This document shows positions 30,606 to 31,230 of a stretch of DNA of 31,230 nucleotides, piece after piece. Both the position numbers and the translations under genes were made by a program. How positions within the stretch are numbered: the first letter of the stretch is position 1; the number at the start of each line of letters is the position of its first letter. This stretch comes from a virus: the IMG/VR virus record IMGVR_UViG_3300045988_134388, positions 1 through 31,230 of that record; one strand, 5' to 3'. The notes beneath the pieces are model-generated. The model saw nothing but the letters and a program-made list of their open reading frames with translations, had not been told where the DNA came from and ran no database searches.

Positions 30606-30688
30606 TGTCATGAGTAAGCTGGAGCTTTTACTTTAGTTCAATTCTAAGGATACTCACCAATTAATTTAACAGACAAAGGAGAACACAC

Positions 30689-30865
30689 ATGGAATACATA
30701 GAAGAAACTTATTGTATAGGTTGTGGCTCTGAACTTATACCAACTGGTAATGACCCATTAACAGCAGAAGCATATTTTACATGTCCAAGCTGTAATATGG
30801 ATTATACAGTTACAATAACAGATGACTATACAATAGTTGCTGAAATAGATACAACAGATAAATAA
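30689..30865 (+). CDS. 58-aa zinc-ribbon protein
   Basis: Hand-translated. It has CIGC...CPSC (two CxxC pairs) and SD AAAGGAG. Confidence 0.65.
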   Translation: MEYIEETYCIGCGSELIPTGNDPLTAEAYFTCPSCNMDYTVTITDDYTIVAEIDTTDK

Positions 30866-30888
30866 ACCTAAAATAGGAGCTGATAATT

Positions 30889-31053
30889 ATGAGTAAGTTA
30901 AGAAGTAACCAAGAAGAAATAAATGATTCAATATTAACTTTAATGTGTTTAACTTTTAATAAGAAAGAAATGAAAAGACTTATAGAGGCTTATGTCTTAA
31001 CTAATGATTTAACTAATGATATAGAGGCTCTTAAAAAAGAACTAAACAAATAA
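30889..31053 (+). CDS. 54-aa hypothetical protein
   Basis: Hand-translated MSKLRSNQEEINDSILTLMCLTFNKKEMKRLIEAYVLTNDLTNDIEALKKELNK. SD TAGGAGC. Confidence 0.55.
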   Translation: MSKLRSNQEEINDSILTLMCLTFNKKEMKRLIEAYVLTNDLTNDIEALKKELNK

Positions 31054-31069
31054 TATGAAAGGTGATGCT

Positions 31070-31230
31070 ATGGCTGCTAAACTAACAGATAAACAAAAGG
31101 CTTTTGCTGATTATTACATCATCTCAATGAATGCTACAGATGCTTATAAAAGAGCTTATCCTAATGTTAAGACAGATAATGCAGCAGCAGTGAATGGAAA
31201 TAAATTGCTAAGAAATGCTAAGATTCAAGA
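31070..31230 (+). CDS. terS: Terminase small subunit, N-terminal part (continues at 1..287)
   Basis: ATG 31070 is preceded by AAAGGTGA; an in-frame ATG at 31055 is also possible. MAAKLTDKQKAFADYYIISMNATDAYKRAYPNV resembles the small-terminase N-terminal HTH region. Confidence 0.8.
   Translation, partial: MAAKLTDKQKAFADYYIISMNATDAYKRAYPNVKTDNAAAVNGNKLLRNAKIQ
31176..31230. repeat. 55-nt exact terminal overlap with 1..55
   Basis: ATAATGCAGCAGCAGTGAATGGAAATAAATTGCTAAGAAATGCTAAGATTCAAGA is present at both ends of the window. Confidence 0.95.

Noticed and set aside
1-31230. tRNA, rRNA, CRISPR arrays, a diversity-generating retroelement or retron, and integrase/transposase genes.
   Set aside because: I saw no T-loop/D-loop consensus, no regularly spaced repeats, no reverse transcriptase ORF and no recombinase catalytic motifs on either strand.

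Overview
The window is a whole AT-rich tailed-phage genome (roughly 30% GC by eye, not computed). Bases 1-55 recur exactly at 31176-31230. The record is therefore a circularly closed or terminally redundant assembly of about 31,175 bp, and the small-terminase gene wraps the junction.

Late operon, + strand: terS, terL, a 0.6-kb non-coding island, SPP1-type portal, a MuF/gp7-like head protein with an extra HExxH C-terminal domain, a promoter-plus-terminator moron, scaffold, major capsid, connector/adaptor genes, major tail protein, chaperones with a GGGAAAG -1 frameshift, tape measure, Dit with two SH3b inserts, a ~1,885-aa Tal/fibre with a beta-helix, a BhlA/UviB-type holin, and an Amidase_3+SPOR endolysin.

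Control region, 21.4-25.0 kb, unusually ORF-poor:
- a convergent small membrane ORF
- a repeat-rich 0.85-kb ORF-free tract
- a leftward regulator that keeps only the E-helix/HTH end of a serine recombinase
- a back-to-back promoter/operator switch
- a rightward double DNA-binding gene
- a self-contained type I toxin-antitoxin-like cassette
- the strongest sigma-A-like promoter in the window, feeding another 0.85-kb ORF-free transcript

Early/replication genes follow (RHH protein, primase-like fusion protein) with orphan genes, several preceded by a shared 16-nt box.

I saw no integrase, tRNA, rRNA, CRISPR array or reverse transcriptase.

Best candidates for something new are the non-coding and small-peptide elements at 23.7-24.06 kb, 24.1-25.0 kb, 21.6-22.4 kb, 1.5-2.1 kb and 30.3-30.7 kb, and the MuF C-terminal domain. 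All functional assignments come from motif recognition by eye. No database search was run.
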